64,000 nt of DNA, from positions 1,828-65,827 of the forward strand of contig JAZQTD010000048.1 of NCBI GenBank assembly GCA_045630455.1, written 5' to 3'. Source of the stretch: Candidatus Enterousia sp. (lineage in GTDB: Bacteria > Pseudomonadota > Alphaproteobacteria > Rs-D84). The notes beneath the pieces were generated by a model, which made no database searches, was not told where the DNA came from, and saw only the letters and a program-made list of their open reading frames with translations. Shown here piece by piece: positions 27,765 to 37,367 of the stretch (position 1 is the first letter of the stretch; every line of letters begins with the position of its first letter). The translations under genes were made by a program, and so were the position numbers.

Positions 27765-28445
27765 ATGTCATACATGTGGAATGAATTCAACATAAAAACC
27801 TTTCCTGCGGAAACTATTGTTTTCCGCGATGGTGTTTTTGTGCCTGAATTATCTACGATAAATACCGGCAAAATTGATAAAAAGTATGATTTACCTGTGC
27901 ATATTATCTATGTGGGTGAAATTGTTGATAAAAACGATTTAGTCATAGATATAAATGTTGAAAACCAACCGGTGTTTTTATCGGTTGATATAAAAAATAA
28001 AAAGCCGGCATTTTTGAATATTTTTATCAAAAACACCGGTAAAAATTCTGAATTACGTGGTCACGTTTTTGTTGAAAACTTTGATAGATTGAATCTTGAT
28101 ATAAATGCCGGCCATTTTAACGAAAATACCGGTATTTTGGTGTATACAAAATTAATTGCGCATAAAAATACATATTCAAAACTATCTGGAATTGCCGAAA
28201 TTGCCGGTAATTGCCGGGATTGTACGTCTGATATTGGATTTTCTGCGATTGCCGATGATACGGCTAAATTAGAGTTTTTACCAGCACAACGTATTAAATC
28301 AGAGCCAAAATCTGCCGAACATTCTGCATCAATTTACCAGCTTTTGCCGGCACAAATTGAATATTTAAGAACTGCGGGGTTGTCAACCGCTGAAATACGT
28401 GACGTTTCATTCGAAGCGTTCAAAAAAGACTTTTCGCTGTTTTAA
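27765..28445 (+). CDS. Short stand-alone SufD/SufB-like beta-helix protein
   Basis: C-terminus AKLEFLPAQRIKSEPKSAEHSASIYQLLPAQIEYLRTAGLSTAEIRDVSFEAF parallels the SufD tail (P.LEI.ADDVKC.HGATVG..D.EQ.FYL.SRGI....A......F). Confidence 0.5.
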   Translation: MSYMWNEFNIKTFPAETIVFRDGVFVPELSTINTGKIDKKYDLPVHIIYVGEIVDKNDLVIDINVENQPVFLSVDIKNKKPAFLNIFIKNTGKNSELRGHVFVENFDRLNLDINAGHFNENTGILVYTKLIAHKNTYSKLSGIAEIAGNCRDCTSDIGFSAIADDTAKLEFLPAQRIKSEPKSAEHSASIYQLLPAQIEYLRTAGLSTAEIRDVSFEAFKKDFSLF

Positions 28446-28505
28446 TTGTTAATAATTTCCCGGCAGTTTTGATAAAAATGTTCAAAAACACCGGTAATTT
28501 TTTTA

Positions 28506-30116
28506 TCACAAAGAAATTAATTTTTCCATTTTTTCACGTGCCACTGATAATTCTTTATCAATTTTTGATAGTTCTGTGCGCGCATCTTCTTCGCCGGCCA
28601 ACAAACGTGTTGTTAAATCTTTTTTCATCAGGTTTAATTTATCGATATATCTTTGCAACTTTAGTGACACAATATATTTTTCTGCATCACCAACGGTTAA
28701 ATCCAGATCAGCTGCTACACCATCAAAGTCGATATTCAGTGTTGATAAAAATTCCCCGTATCGCTCAACAATTTCTGGATAAGTATTTACGATATAAACC
28801 AACGTGCTTTGTGTGATATTATCAATATCAGGCAGTTTTATTTTTATCGCAACTTTGTCACGTTTCCACCTGCGCCAATTTTCAAATTTACGTTTTTCGT
28901 ATTCTTTTTCGATTTCATTTTTAAGGTCTGGGTCGGTAATTTTTTCAATTTCTTTTTTTAAGAATTTTTCAGCCTGAACCCGACCACCCGGTGTCGACAC
29001 AATATAGTTTTTATTTGCTAATTCCCACAGAAAATCAACCAACGGCATTGCAACATCAATAATCTTTTTCATTGCATCAACGCCGCCAGATTTCAAGATT
29101 TCATCTGGGTCTTTACCGCCCGATACAAATGCGAATTTTACATCTGAATTATCACGTAAAAATGGCATTATTATACCGCAAGCACGTGCCGCAGCCTTTT
29201 GCCCAGCAGCATCCCCGTCAAAACAAAAAGTTATATTGCGATTTGATTTACAAAGAATCGCAACATGGTCTTCTGTCAGCGCTGTCCCCAATGGTGCAAC
29301 AGTTTCTGGAAAACCACCCAATTGCATCTTTATTGCATCTATTTGCCCTTCGACAATAATACTGCGATTTGCGCGATGAATTGCATCACGTGCAAAATTT
29401 AGCCCAAACACAGTCTTTCTTTTGTGGAAAATTTCGGTGTCTGTTGTGTTTATATATTTTGGTTCTGAACCATCCAAAGAACGTCCCGAAAAAGCGACAA
29501 TTTTCCCATGTGCATTAAATATAGGAAACATTAATTTATTACGGAAAAAGTCATATAATCCATAATCCCCACGTCGACATAATCCCGATTCAATCAGGTG
29601 TTTATAATTTGCAAATTTATTGGCGATTATATTATTTTTTGGCGCATACCCCAGACGATATTTTTTTATATCTTCGTCTGAAAAACCGCGTTTTCTTGCG
29701 TATAGCAAGGCTTGTTCCCCTTCTGGAGTAAATAATTTTTCGGTATATGTTTGGGCAGCTTTTTCACAAATTTCAAACAAAGAATCTTCATGTTGTACAA
29801 TTTTTGGATCACGCGGTTTATAGTCTGGCATTTTTATACCAGCGATATTGGCCAGTTCCGCAATCGCCGCTTTGAAATCCATATGATTATGTTTCATTGT
29901 AAAAGAAATAATATCGCCGTGTTCACCACAACCGAAACAATGATAAAACCCTTTGTCTTCATTTACGGAAAAACTTGGTGTTTTTTCATTGTGAAATGGA
30001 CAACAACCCCACCAGTTTTGTCCTTTTTTTGTTAACGGTACAATGCGCCCCACAACATCCACCACAGACAGGCGTTCACGTAATTCATCTGTAAAGTTGC
30101 GGTTGTATTTATCCAT
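28506..30116 (-). CDS. dnaG: DNA primase
   Basis: Zinc finger CPFHNEKTPSFSV..YHCFGCGEHGD. Toprim EGQIDA. Confidence 0.9.
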   Translation of the reverse strand: MDKYNRNFTDELRERLSVVDVVGRIVPLTKKGQNWWGCCPFHNEKTPSFSVNEDKGFYHCFGCGEHGDIISFTMKHNHMDFKAAIAELANIAGIKMPDYKPRDPKIVQHEDSLFEICEKAAQTYTEKLFTPEGEQALLYARKRGFSDEDIKKYRLGYAPKNNIIANKFANYKHLIESGLCRRGDYGLYDFFRNKLMFPIFNAHGKIVAFSGRSLDGSEPKYINTTDTEIFHKRKTVFGLNFARDAIHRANRSIIVEGQIDAIKMQLGGFPETVAPLGTALTEDHVAILCKSNRNITFCFDGDAAGQKAAARACGIIMPFLRDNSDVKFAFVSGGKDPDEILKSGGVDAMKKIIDVAMPLVDFLWELANKNYIVSTPGGRVQAEKFLKKEIEKITDPDLKNEIEKEYEKRKFENWRRWKRDKVAIKIKLPDIDNITQSTLVYIVNTYPEIVERYGEFLSTLNIDFDGVAADLDLTVGDAEKYIVSLKLQRYIDKLNLMKKDLTTRLLAGEEDARTELSKIDKELSVAREKMEKLISL

Positions 30117-32356
30117 TACTTCTTTTTGCTTTTATCGTTAATAAGTTTTATCGCAGTATCTAAATCCGGCATTTCTTTGACTGAAACATTTACACGGTTC
30201 GAAGAAATATATGGACCATACCGACCAGTTTGGTAAAAGAATATCATCTTTTTAGTTTCTGGGTTTTCTCCGATTTTTACTGGTTCTGCTTTTTTGCCTG
30301 CATTTGTTAATAATTCACGTGCAATTTCCAGTGTTATTGTTTCTGCGTTATATTGTTTTGCAGATACATTTTTAGCACCATCTGTCACATATGGGCCAAA
30401 TTTTCCAACACGAAATTCGATACCATCACCTAATTCTACTGCGTCTGAAATATTGCGCTGTACGCTGGATTCTGTGGCGTCTGTTGATTTATCGTTTTTA
30501 CTTAATTGTTTTGTGTATTTGCAATTTGGATAATTTTCGCAACCAATAAAAGGTCCGAATTTAGATAACTTAATGCCTAATTTTTTACCACATTCTGGAC
30601 ATGTGTCACCGGTTTCGTCAAACAGATGTTTGTGCATAAAATCGTTGATTTCATCGATGATATCAGATGTTTTAATACCGCGCGCGCCTTCTATCATTTC
30701 ATTTGTTGGTTTCCAGAAATTTTCTAATGCGGTTAATTTTTTTACTTTGCCATTTGAAACATCGTCTAATGTATCTTCTGTTTTTGCGGTAAAGTTTACA
30801 TCGACCAAATCAGTGAAATATTTATTCAAATAAGATGCAATAACCCACCCACCATTTGTTGGATGAAAGCGACGTTGTTTGTCTTGTTCTACATACGCAC
30901 GGTCAACGATTGTTGACATAATTGTTGCATATGTTGAAGGACGTCCAATTCCTAATTCTTCCAGTTTTTTAACCAATGAAGCTTCGGTATATCTTGGTGG
31001 TGCCTGTGTAAAATGTTGTTCCGGAACCAGTTCGGTAATTGAAATTGCGTCCCCAACATTTAATACCGGTAATTTAGATTCTTTCTTTTCTTCATCATCG
31101 TCTTTATCTTCGGTATAAACTTTCATAAAACCGTCAAAAGTACGGGTTGAGCCAACCGCATGAAATACAGCAATTTTATTTTCTGTTTCAATATCAGCAG
31201 CAACAGAATCAAATTCAGCATTTTTCATCTGGCATGCGATTGTACGTTTCCAAATCAAATCATATAGTTTGGCTTCATCTCCGCTTAACCCCGATGCTGG
31301 TGCCTCAAAGTGTGTTGGACGAATTGCTTCGTGTGCTTCTTGGGCGTTTTTTGATTTTGTTGCATATACGTTTGGTGATGATGGAACAAAGTTTTCACCA
31401 TATGTATTTGCAATATATTTTCTGATTTCAGTTACAGCGTCCGCATTCAGATTTGTTGCGTCGGTACGCATATATGTAATTAACCCTTGTTCGTAAAGTT
31501 TTTGAGCCGCACTCATTGTGCGTTTCGAAGCAAAATATAATTTACGTGCCGCTTCCTGTTGCAGTGTTGATGTTGTAAATGGTGCAGCGGGCTTACGCTG
31601 GGTCTTTTTCTTTTCAATATCAATAACAGATGCATTGATTTCAGGTGTTCCAATTTTATTCAAGATATTATTAACCATATCTTGGCTTTCAATGGTCATT
31701 TTTTCAATTTTTACGCCATCAAATTTATTTAAGTTTGCTTTGAATTCTGCATTTTGAACCTTGCAAACAGATTCCAGCGACCAATATTCAACCGGTTTAA
31801 AATCTTCGATTTCTTTTTCACGATCTACAACCAATTTAACTGCAACCGATTGCACACGGCCGGCGGATTTACCTAAATTGCGTCGCCACAATAACGGTGA
31901 AATACCAAACCCAATTAAATAATCCAGCGCGCGGCGAACCAGATACGCATCAACCAAGTTTTTATCTATTTCGCGTGGACTTTCGATTGCAGTTTGAACC
32001 GCTTTTTTTGTAATTTCATGGAACGCCACACGATAAACAGGTTTATCTGTTAATAATTTCTTGGTTTTTAAAATATCCAGCAAATGCCATGCAATTGCTT
32101 CCCCTTCGCGGTCAGGGTCGCTTGCCAGATAAACTGCATCGGCTTTTTTTAGTTCATCTGTAATAAGTTTAATTTGTTTTTCTTTGCCTGGCATAATTTG
32201 CCAACGCATTTTAAAGTTATTTTCTGTATCAACACTGCCGTTTTCAGGCACCAAGTCACGAACATGACCAACAGACGCGATAACGCGCCACCCAGCCCCC
32301 AGATACTTTTCAATAGTTTTTGCCTTTGATGGTGACTCTACGATAAGTAGTTTCAT
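30116..32356 (-). CDS. topA: DNA topoisomerase I
   Basis: Toprim start MKLLIVESPSKAKTIEKYLG (ATG at 32356 after GGGGAG), active-site region GLITYMRTD, C-terminal CxxC zinc ribbons. ORF track extends to 32428. Confidence 0.9.
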   Translation of the reverse strand: MKLLIVESPSKAKTIEKYLGAGWRVIASVGHVRDLVPENGSVDTENNFKMRWQIMPGKEKQIKLITDELKKADAVYLASDPDREGEAIAWHLLDILKTKKLLTDKPVYRVAFHEITKKAVQTAIESPREIDKNLVDAYLVRRALDYLIGFGISPLLWRRNLGKSAGRVQSVAVKLVVDREKEIEDFKPVEYWSLESVCKVQNAEFKANLNKFDGVKIEKMTIESQDMVNNILNKIGTPEINASVIDIEKKKTQRKPAAPFTTSTLQQEAARKLYFASKRTMSAAQKLYEQGLITYMRTDATNLNADAVTEIRKYIANTYGENFVPSSPNVYATKSKNAQEAHEAIRPTHFEAPASGLSGDEAKLYDLIWKRTIACQMKNAEFDSVAADIETENKIAVFHAVGSTRTFDGFMKVYTEDKDDDEEKKESKLPVLNVGDAISITELVPEQHFTQAPPRYTEASLVKKLEELGIGRPSTYATIMSTIVDRAYVEQDKQRRFHPTNGGWVIASYLNKYFTDLVDVNFTAKTEDTLDDVSNGKVKKLTALENFWKPTNEMIEGARGIKTSDIIDEINDFMHKHLFDETGDTCPECGKKLGIKLSKFGPFIGCENYPNCKYTKQLSKNDKSTDATESSVQRNISDAVELGDGIEFRVGKFGPYVTDGAKNVSAKQYNAETITLEIARELLTNAGKKAEPVKIGENPETKKMIFFYQTGRYGPYISSNRVNVSVKEMPDLDTAIKLINDKSKKK

Positions 32357-32360
32357 AACC

Positions 32361-33506
32361 TTAACTCCCCCTTGCCGATAATTGTTGGTCTTTGTGAATA
32401 TGTGCGTTTTGGGCCAATCCAAAACCAAACATCAGGGAAAGTAGACTGCTGCCACCGAACGACATCAGTGGTAATGGCACCCCAACGGTTGGCATTAACC
32501 CTAAAACCATTGCGATATTTATAAAATAATAAATAAAAAAGTTCAACATAAAACCAAAGCATATTAATTGTCCAAATCTATTTCGGCATGTTTTAGCAGA
32601 CCAAAACAATACGATAATTATCCAAGAGTATATCAATAATAATCCAAAAGCCCCGATAAAACCAAACTCTTCCCCCAGCATTGTAAATATAAAGTCTGTA
32701 TGCTTTTCTGGTAAAAATGATTGCTGGGATTGTGTGCCAGACATATATCCTTTGCCAATCATACCGCCTGAACCAAATGCAATTTTTGCCTGGGTAATTT
32801 GATAGCCTGCTCCTTGGATATCACTGTCTGGATTTAAAAAAGTAATAATTCGACCACGCTGATAGTCGTGCAGACCGCCATACCATATAGCCGGTGCTGC
32901 CATTAACCCCAGAATAGCCGCAATAATAAACCACTTTTTATTTGCGCCAACAATATAAAACACTCCAACTGTAATCATTCCCAGTGACAATGCAGTTCCT
33001 AAATCTGGCTGGGCTACAATTAAGCCAAATGGCACCAATAACATTAACCCAGGTACCAGATAATTTTTAAATTGCTCCAGTTCTACGGAATTCATCCATG
33101 CAAAATATCGTGCTAATGCCAACACTAGTGCAATTTTTATTAATTCAGACGGCTGAATATGAAAAAAACCAAGATTAAGCCAACGTTGTGCTCCCATACC
33201 TGTATGTCCAACAAACGTCACCAAAATAATCATAATCAGTGCAATCGCATAAATTCCATATGCGGACTTAATCCAGGTTTTAATATTTGTAAACGCAACA
33301 AAAAAGAAAACACCAAAACCAACAATAATCTTTAATAACTGCGATAATGCAAACGGCCGCCACGCACCACCAGCCGCAGAATAAAGAACAACAATAGAAA
33401 GCGCTAAAACAATGCACATAGGTACAAACAACCCCCATGAAAAACGGGCAAGTTTTTCATTAAAACTCATCATAGAGGCATTTGAAACACGTGTCTGTTT
33501 TGCCAT
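32361..33506 (-). CDS. rodA: Peptidoglycan glycosyltransferase RodA (SEDS family)
   Basis: FtsW/RodA/SpoVE polytopic pattern. Directly downstream of the PBP2 gene. Confidence 0.85.
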   Translation of the reverse strand: MAKQTRVSNASMMSFNEKLARFSWGLFVPMCIVLALSIVVLYSAAGGAWRPFALSQLLKIIVGFGVFFFVAFTNIKTWIKSAYGIYAIALIMIILVTFVGHTGMGAQRWLNLGFFHIQPSELIKIALVLALARYFAWMNSVELEQFKNYLVPGLMLLVPFGLIVAQPDLGTALSLGMITVGVFYIVGANKKWFIIAAILGLMAAPAIWYGGLHDYQRGRIITFLNPDSDIQGAGYQITQAKIAFGSGGMIGKGYMSGTQSQQSFLPEKHTDFIFTMLGEEFGFIGAFGLLLIYSWIIIVLFWSAKTCRNRFGQLICFGFMLNFFIYYFINIAMVLGLMPTVGVPLPLMSFGGSSLLSLMFGFGLAQNAHIHKDQQLSARGS

Positions 33507-33510
33507 TATT

Positions 33511-35286
33511 TTATATTCCTTGCTTTAATAATTCTTTCATTACGGTGGCGGCCGTTCGTGCGGCGGGCGTACTGGACCCGGAATGCTCGGTCACAACACA
33601 GACCGCATATTTTGGTTTGTCCAGTGGCGCATATCCGACAAATAATCCATGATTTCGCATAGACCATTTTAGTTGCTCGTTAGTTAATACACCACTTTCA
33701 CGTTCTTTCTTGGAAATACTGCGTACCTGAGAAGTACCGGTTTTACCGCCCATTTTCATACCATTGACATTAATTGCGCTTCCGCTTGCTGTACCGCCAC
33801 GCTGTAAAACCTGTTCCAGACCATTCAATACGTGTTTAATATTTTTTTCTTTTAACCGCAGTGGCGAAAAACGTGGTCCACGACCATTGTTAATAATTCT
33901 GGGCACGACCACCTTATTAGATGCAACGCGTGACATCATTGTCACTAATTGCAGACAGTTTGCCAAAATAAATCCCTGACCGATACCAGAAATAATCGTA
34001 TCACCATGCACCCATTTTACACCGATATTTTTTTCTTTCCATTTTCTGTCTGGCATAACACCAGACATTTCACGTGATAAAATATCGTTCATAAATGTTT
34101 CTGTGAACCCCAGACGTAACGCCATAGACTTAATAGCATCAATACCAATGCGCAACGCCATCTGATAGAAATAAATATCACAAGAATGCTTTAATGCACC
34201 GTACAGGTCGACTTTTCCATGCCCTTCGTCTTCCCAGCAGTGATATCTTCTATCACCATAATCCCAGTGCCCTGGACAATAAATTTTTTCTTTTGGATTT
34301 ATTGCGCCGGATTCCAGTCCTGCTAACGCCACAATAATTTTAAATGTAGAGCCTGGGGGGTATAATCCTTCGATTGCTTTGTTCATAAATGGTTTTGCAA
34401 AATCAGAACGCAGTGTACTGATATATTCATCACCATCAGCAGTGCGGAATATATTTGGATCAAAACTGGGGGTGGAAACCATAGCTAAAATATTTCCAGT
34501 ATTTATATCCATTGCAACACCACAACCAGCACGATTAGCAGTCAAAGCATCATACATTTTGCGCTGGATATTATCATTAATTGTTGTACGTATGTCGCCC
34601 CCAGGGATTGATGGTATAAATTGTGTTTTGTCTTCACCTGTCACGCGTCCAACCGCATTAGTTATCATAACCGTCTGCCCTGGTGTGCCAGCTAAATCTT
34701 CATCGTATTTCTTTTCAAGACCAGTTATCCCAGTGGTAAAAAATGGTGCGTTTGGCACAGATTTGTTTGGTGCGCCAACGTACCCGAAAATTTGTGCCCC
34801 CGCCGGCCCCAGTTCATACACACGCCCATATCCACTTTCCACGTGAAGACCAGGCAGATTTTTTGCCTGAAGCCGTGCCAGTTTTTCCCACTTTGCGTTT
34901 TCACTGACCAGTACAGGTTGAAATTTTGGTTGTTTCTGAATCTTTTTATATATGTTTTTTATGGATTTTTCACGCAATCCTAAATCCTTGGCGACTGTAT
35001 CAACCAAGTGTTCAATATTATCTGATTCTTCGGGAACGATATATATTCTGTAAATTGGCGCATCACGCGATATAGGATTTCCATTTGCAGATAATATCTG
35101 ACCGCGTATAGCCATATCTAATTGCATACGATAAGAATTATTCTGGCTTTTTTTTGTGTAATCACGATAGTTAAAAAGTTGCATTTGCAGCATACGCATA
35201 ACCAATACAGACGTCAAAACCGCCCCACCTGTTAAAAACAGTGCGCTGCGTCTGTCAAATGTGCGTGCAACCTCTTTATCTATCAT
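33511..35286 (-). CDS. mrdA: Penicillin-binding protein 2 (elongation transpeptidase)
   Basis: SxxK GSTFK, KTGT motif, N-terminal anchor. mreCD-PBP2-rodA context. Confidence 0.9.
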   Translation of the reverse strand: MIDKEVARTFDRRSALFLTGGAVLTSVLVMRMLQMQLFNYRDYTKKSQNNSYRMQLDMAIRGQILSANGNPISRDAPIYRIYIVPEESDNIEHLVDTVAKDLGLREKSIKNIYKKIQKQPKFQPVLVSENAKWEKLARLQAKNLPGLHVESGYGRVYELGPAGAQIFGYVGAPNKSVPNAPFFTTGITGLEKKYDEDLAGTPGQTVMITNAVGRVTGEDKTQFIPSIPGGDIRTTINDNIQRKMYDALTANRAGCGVAMDINTGNILAMVSTPSFDPNIFRTADGDEYISTLRSDFAKPFMNKAIEGLYPPGSTFKIIVALAGLESGAINPKEKIYCPGHWDYGDRRYHCWEDEGHGKVDLYGALKHSCDIYFYQMALRIGIDAIKSMALRLGFTETFMNDILSREMSGVMPDRKWKEKNIGVKWVHGDTIISGIGQGFILANCLQLVTMMSRVASNKVVVPRIINNGRGPRFSPLRLKEKNIKHVLNGLEQVLQRGGTASGSAINVNGMKMGGKTGTSQVRSISKKERESGVLTNEQLKWSMRNHGLFVGYAPLDKPKYAVCVVTEHSGSSTPAARTAATVMKELLKQGI

Positions 35287-35734
35287 TTTGCACCCATTTT
35301 ATTAACCGTGTTATTGGAATATATAAAAGTCCAGACCATAATATAATCCAAATTGTTTCCAGCATATTTATAAAACCGAAATTAGCCAATAATAATACTA
35401 ACATTCCTAGCCCGAAAAATAATATAAAAATATGAATTGCATCAAATTCTATTTTAGTCAGGTCAAAGAAAGTCTGAAATCCGTTAATTGCATAAAACAA
35501 GCAATACCACGCCGTCCAAAAAGCTAGTGTTTCAAATTTATAATCGATTAAAAAACAAAATAAAATTGCAAACGGTACAAAATAATGTGTTGGTCGTACA
35601 AAAGAATAATAAAAAATCGGTATTAGCGCCAAAAGTCCGGCTGGATTCCAAAAAGAAACAGATAATCGCCACAATATAATCACAGCAAGCCAAGGTGTCG
35701 ATACACGTAAAAAATGAACGATTTTAGCCAACAT
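35276..35734 (-). CDS. mreD: Rod shape-determining protein MreD
   Basis: 152-aa polytopic membrane protein between mreC and mrdA. Confidence 0.6.
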   Translation of the reverse strand: MLAKIVHFLRVSTPWLAVIILWRLSVSFWNPAGLLALIPIFYYSFVRPTHYFVPFAILFCFLIDYKFETLAFWTAWYCLFYAINGFQTFFDLTKIEFDAIHIFILFFGLGMLVLLLANFGFINMLETIWIILWSGLLYIPITRLIKWVQNDR

Positions 35735-36556
35735 TTATCTGTATTCACCTATATTATCAAACTGTAAAACCATAACCCGTGTTAATTCACGTGGTGTTAT
35801 TGTTTTTACATCAGTGTCTTTTGTGATTTCGCCAACAAAGACTCCATTTGGTAGAACACCGCTAATATTACTGGTTATTAATCTTAATCCGGTTGAAGGT
35901 TGAAATTGAGGGTCGCTAAAAAATCCAATAGATGGTGTGTTTGTTCCATTGCCTTTTAAGAAACCGTACACAGAGGTTCCTGCTACACGTACTGCGATAT
36001 TTGAATCAGAATCTGTTAACGCACGCACGCGTGCAAAATTACCACCTGCATCGATAACAATACCGGCTAATTTATTATCCATAGACACAACTACATTTCC
36101 ACGTGCAACACCATTATCTGTACCGCGATTTATTATAAATGTTGAATTATGTAGTGCATTGTTATTATACATAACATCTGCGATAATTGTCTTGTGTGGC
36201 TGGGCAGACACCATATTTAATTCATGGTTTAACTTTTTATTTTCAGCCACCGCGATATCGCAAGAATATTTATCGGCCAATGCCGCATCCAGACGTACCC
36301 GTAATTCCTCGTTTTTAGCTCGCAGATTAGATAATTCGTAAAAACCATCGATTGTATTACCAACCACCCGAATTGGCCAAGTGACTACATCTCCGACCCA
36401 ATTTGCCACCGGCAACACAATATGCGCCAACTCATTAAGTATTTTATAATCCGGCTTTGCAATCATAATATATATAAATAACACAGGCAGAACCGCTGCC
36501 GTTGCTGCGGATTTTATAATCGTATATACTCTGGAAGATAGTTTATTTTGGTTCAT
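35735..36556 (-). CDS. mreC: Rod shape-determining protein MreC
   Basis: N-terminal anchor, coiled coil LRAKNEELRVRLDAA, beta-rich C-domain. ORF track extends to 36658, but Met 36556 (MNQNKLSS) gives the usual architecture and leaves room for divergent promoters. Confidence 0.8.
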   Translation of the reverse strand: MNQNKLSSRVYTIIKSAATAAVLPVLFIYIMIAKPDYKILNELAHIVLPVANWVGDVVTWPIRVVGNTIDGFYELSNLRAKNEELRVRLDAALADKYSCDIAVAENKKLNHELNMVSAQPHKTIIADVMYNNNALHNSTFIINRGTDNGVARGNVVVSMDNKLAGIVIDAGGNFARVRALTDSDSNIAVRVAGTSVYGFLKGNGTNTPSIGFFSDPQFQPSTGLRLITSNISGVLPNGVFVGEITKDTDVKTITPRELTRVMVLQFDNIGEYR

Positions 36557-36694
36557 CAGAGTTAGTTTATACGTAAAAAATCCGATATTCAATAAAAACT
36601 TGATTTTTCCAGAAAATATGCCAAAATACACATCAGTCAAAGTGGCAGGCATTGCCACCAGACTGTTATAAACCTAAGAATAAAAGGATATAAA

Positions 36695-36898
36695 ATGCCA
36701 AAATTAAAGACAAAGTCATACTTGAAAAAGCGTGCGTCTATGACTGCGACCGGTAAAATCCGTGTTGCCCGTAACGCCCACAAGAAACTGTTGCGTAAAA
36801 AATCTGCACGTGCAAACAACGCAGGTTCAAAACCACAGTATTTGAACGATAACATGGTCGGTCAGGCTAAAATCTTGGCCCCATATGGTTTGAAATAA
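36695..36898 (+). CDS. rpmI: 50S ribosomal protein L35
   Basis: MPKLKTKSYLKKR... is the typical bL35 start. 67 aa. Confidence 0.9.
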   Translation: MPKLKTKSYLKKRASMTATGKIRVARNAHKKLLRKKSARANNAGSKPQYLNDNMVGQAKILAPYGLK

Positions 36899-36910
36899 TA
36901 GGGGGTAATT

Positions 36911-37279
36911 ATGGCAAGAGTTAAACGTGGAACAACCGTAAAACAAAAACATAACAAGATTTTGGCGCGTGCCAAGGGTTACTTGGGCCGTCATCATTCA
37001 ACATATCGTGCTGCACGTGAAAAAACAGAAAAAGCGGGTCAGTATGCATATCGCGATCGCCGTGTTAAAAAACGCGAATTTCGTGGTTTGTGGATTGTCC
37101 GTATCAATGCTGCGGTACGTCAAAATGGTATGACATACAGCCAGTTTATGAACGGCTTGAAAAAAGCTGGTATCGCTCTGGACCGCAAGGTTTTGGCCGA
37201 AATGGCATATGCAGGCGATGCGAACTTTGTAAAATTGGTTGATACAGCAAAACGATTTAGCGCCGGGGAATCTAAATAA
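36911..37279 (+). CDS. rplT: 50S ribosomal protein L20
   Basis: [18 protein letters not shown]... is the typical bL20 start. 122 aa. Confidence 0.9.
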   Translation: MARVKRGTTVKQKHNKILARAKGYLGRHHSTYRAAREKTEKAGQYAYRDRRVKKREFRGLWIVRINAAVRQNGMTYSQFMNGLKKAGIALDRKVLAEMAYAGDANFVKLVDTAKRFSAGESK

Positions 37280-37310
37280 TCCCTTGTCGGCGGGGTATTT
37301 GTTTTGTAAT

Positions 37311-37338
37311 ATAAAGGTCGTCAATTGACGACCTTTAT
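37311..37338. promoter_or_regulatory. Perfect 28-nt palindrome between rplT and pheS
   Basis: ATAAAGGTCGTCAA|TTGACGACCTTTAT. No clear U-tract follows. Confidence 0.4.
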
Positions 37339-37367
37339 TAGTTCAATAATTGTCTAAGGTAAAAGTT

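Noticed and set aside
28469-28816. 115-aa plus-strand ORF after the SufD-like gene
   Set aside because: Almost entirely antisense to the 3' end of dnaG, with an implausible hydrophobic, low-complexity translation.
36637-36855. 72-aa minus-strand ORF
   Set aside because: Antisense to rpmI and overlapping the mreC upstream region. There is no support for it.
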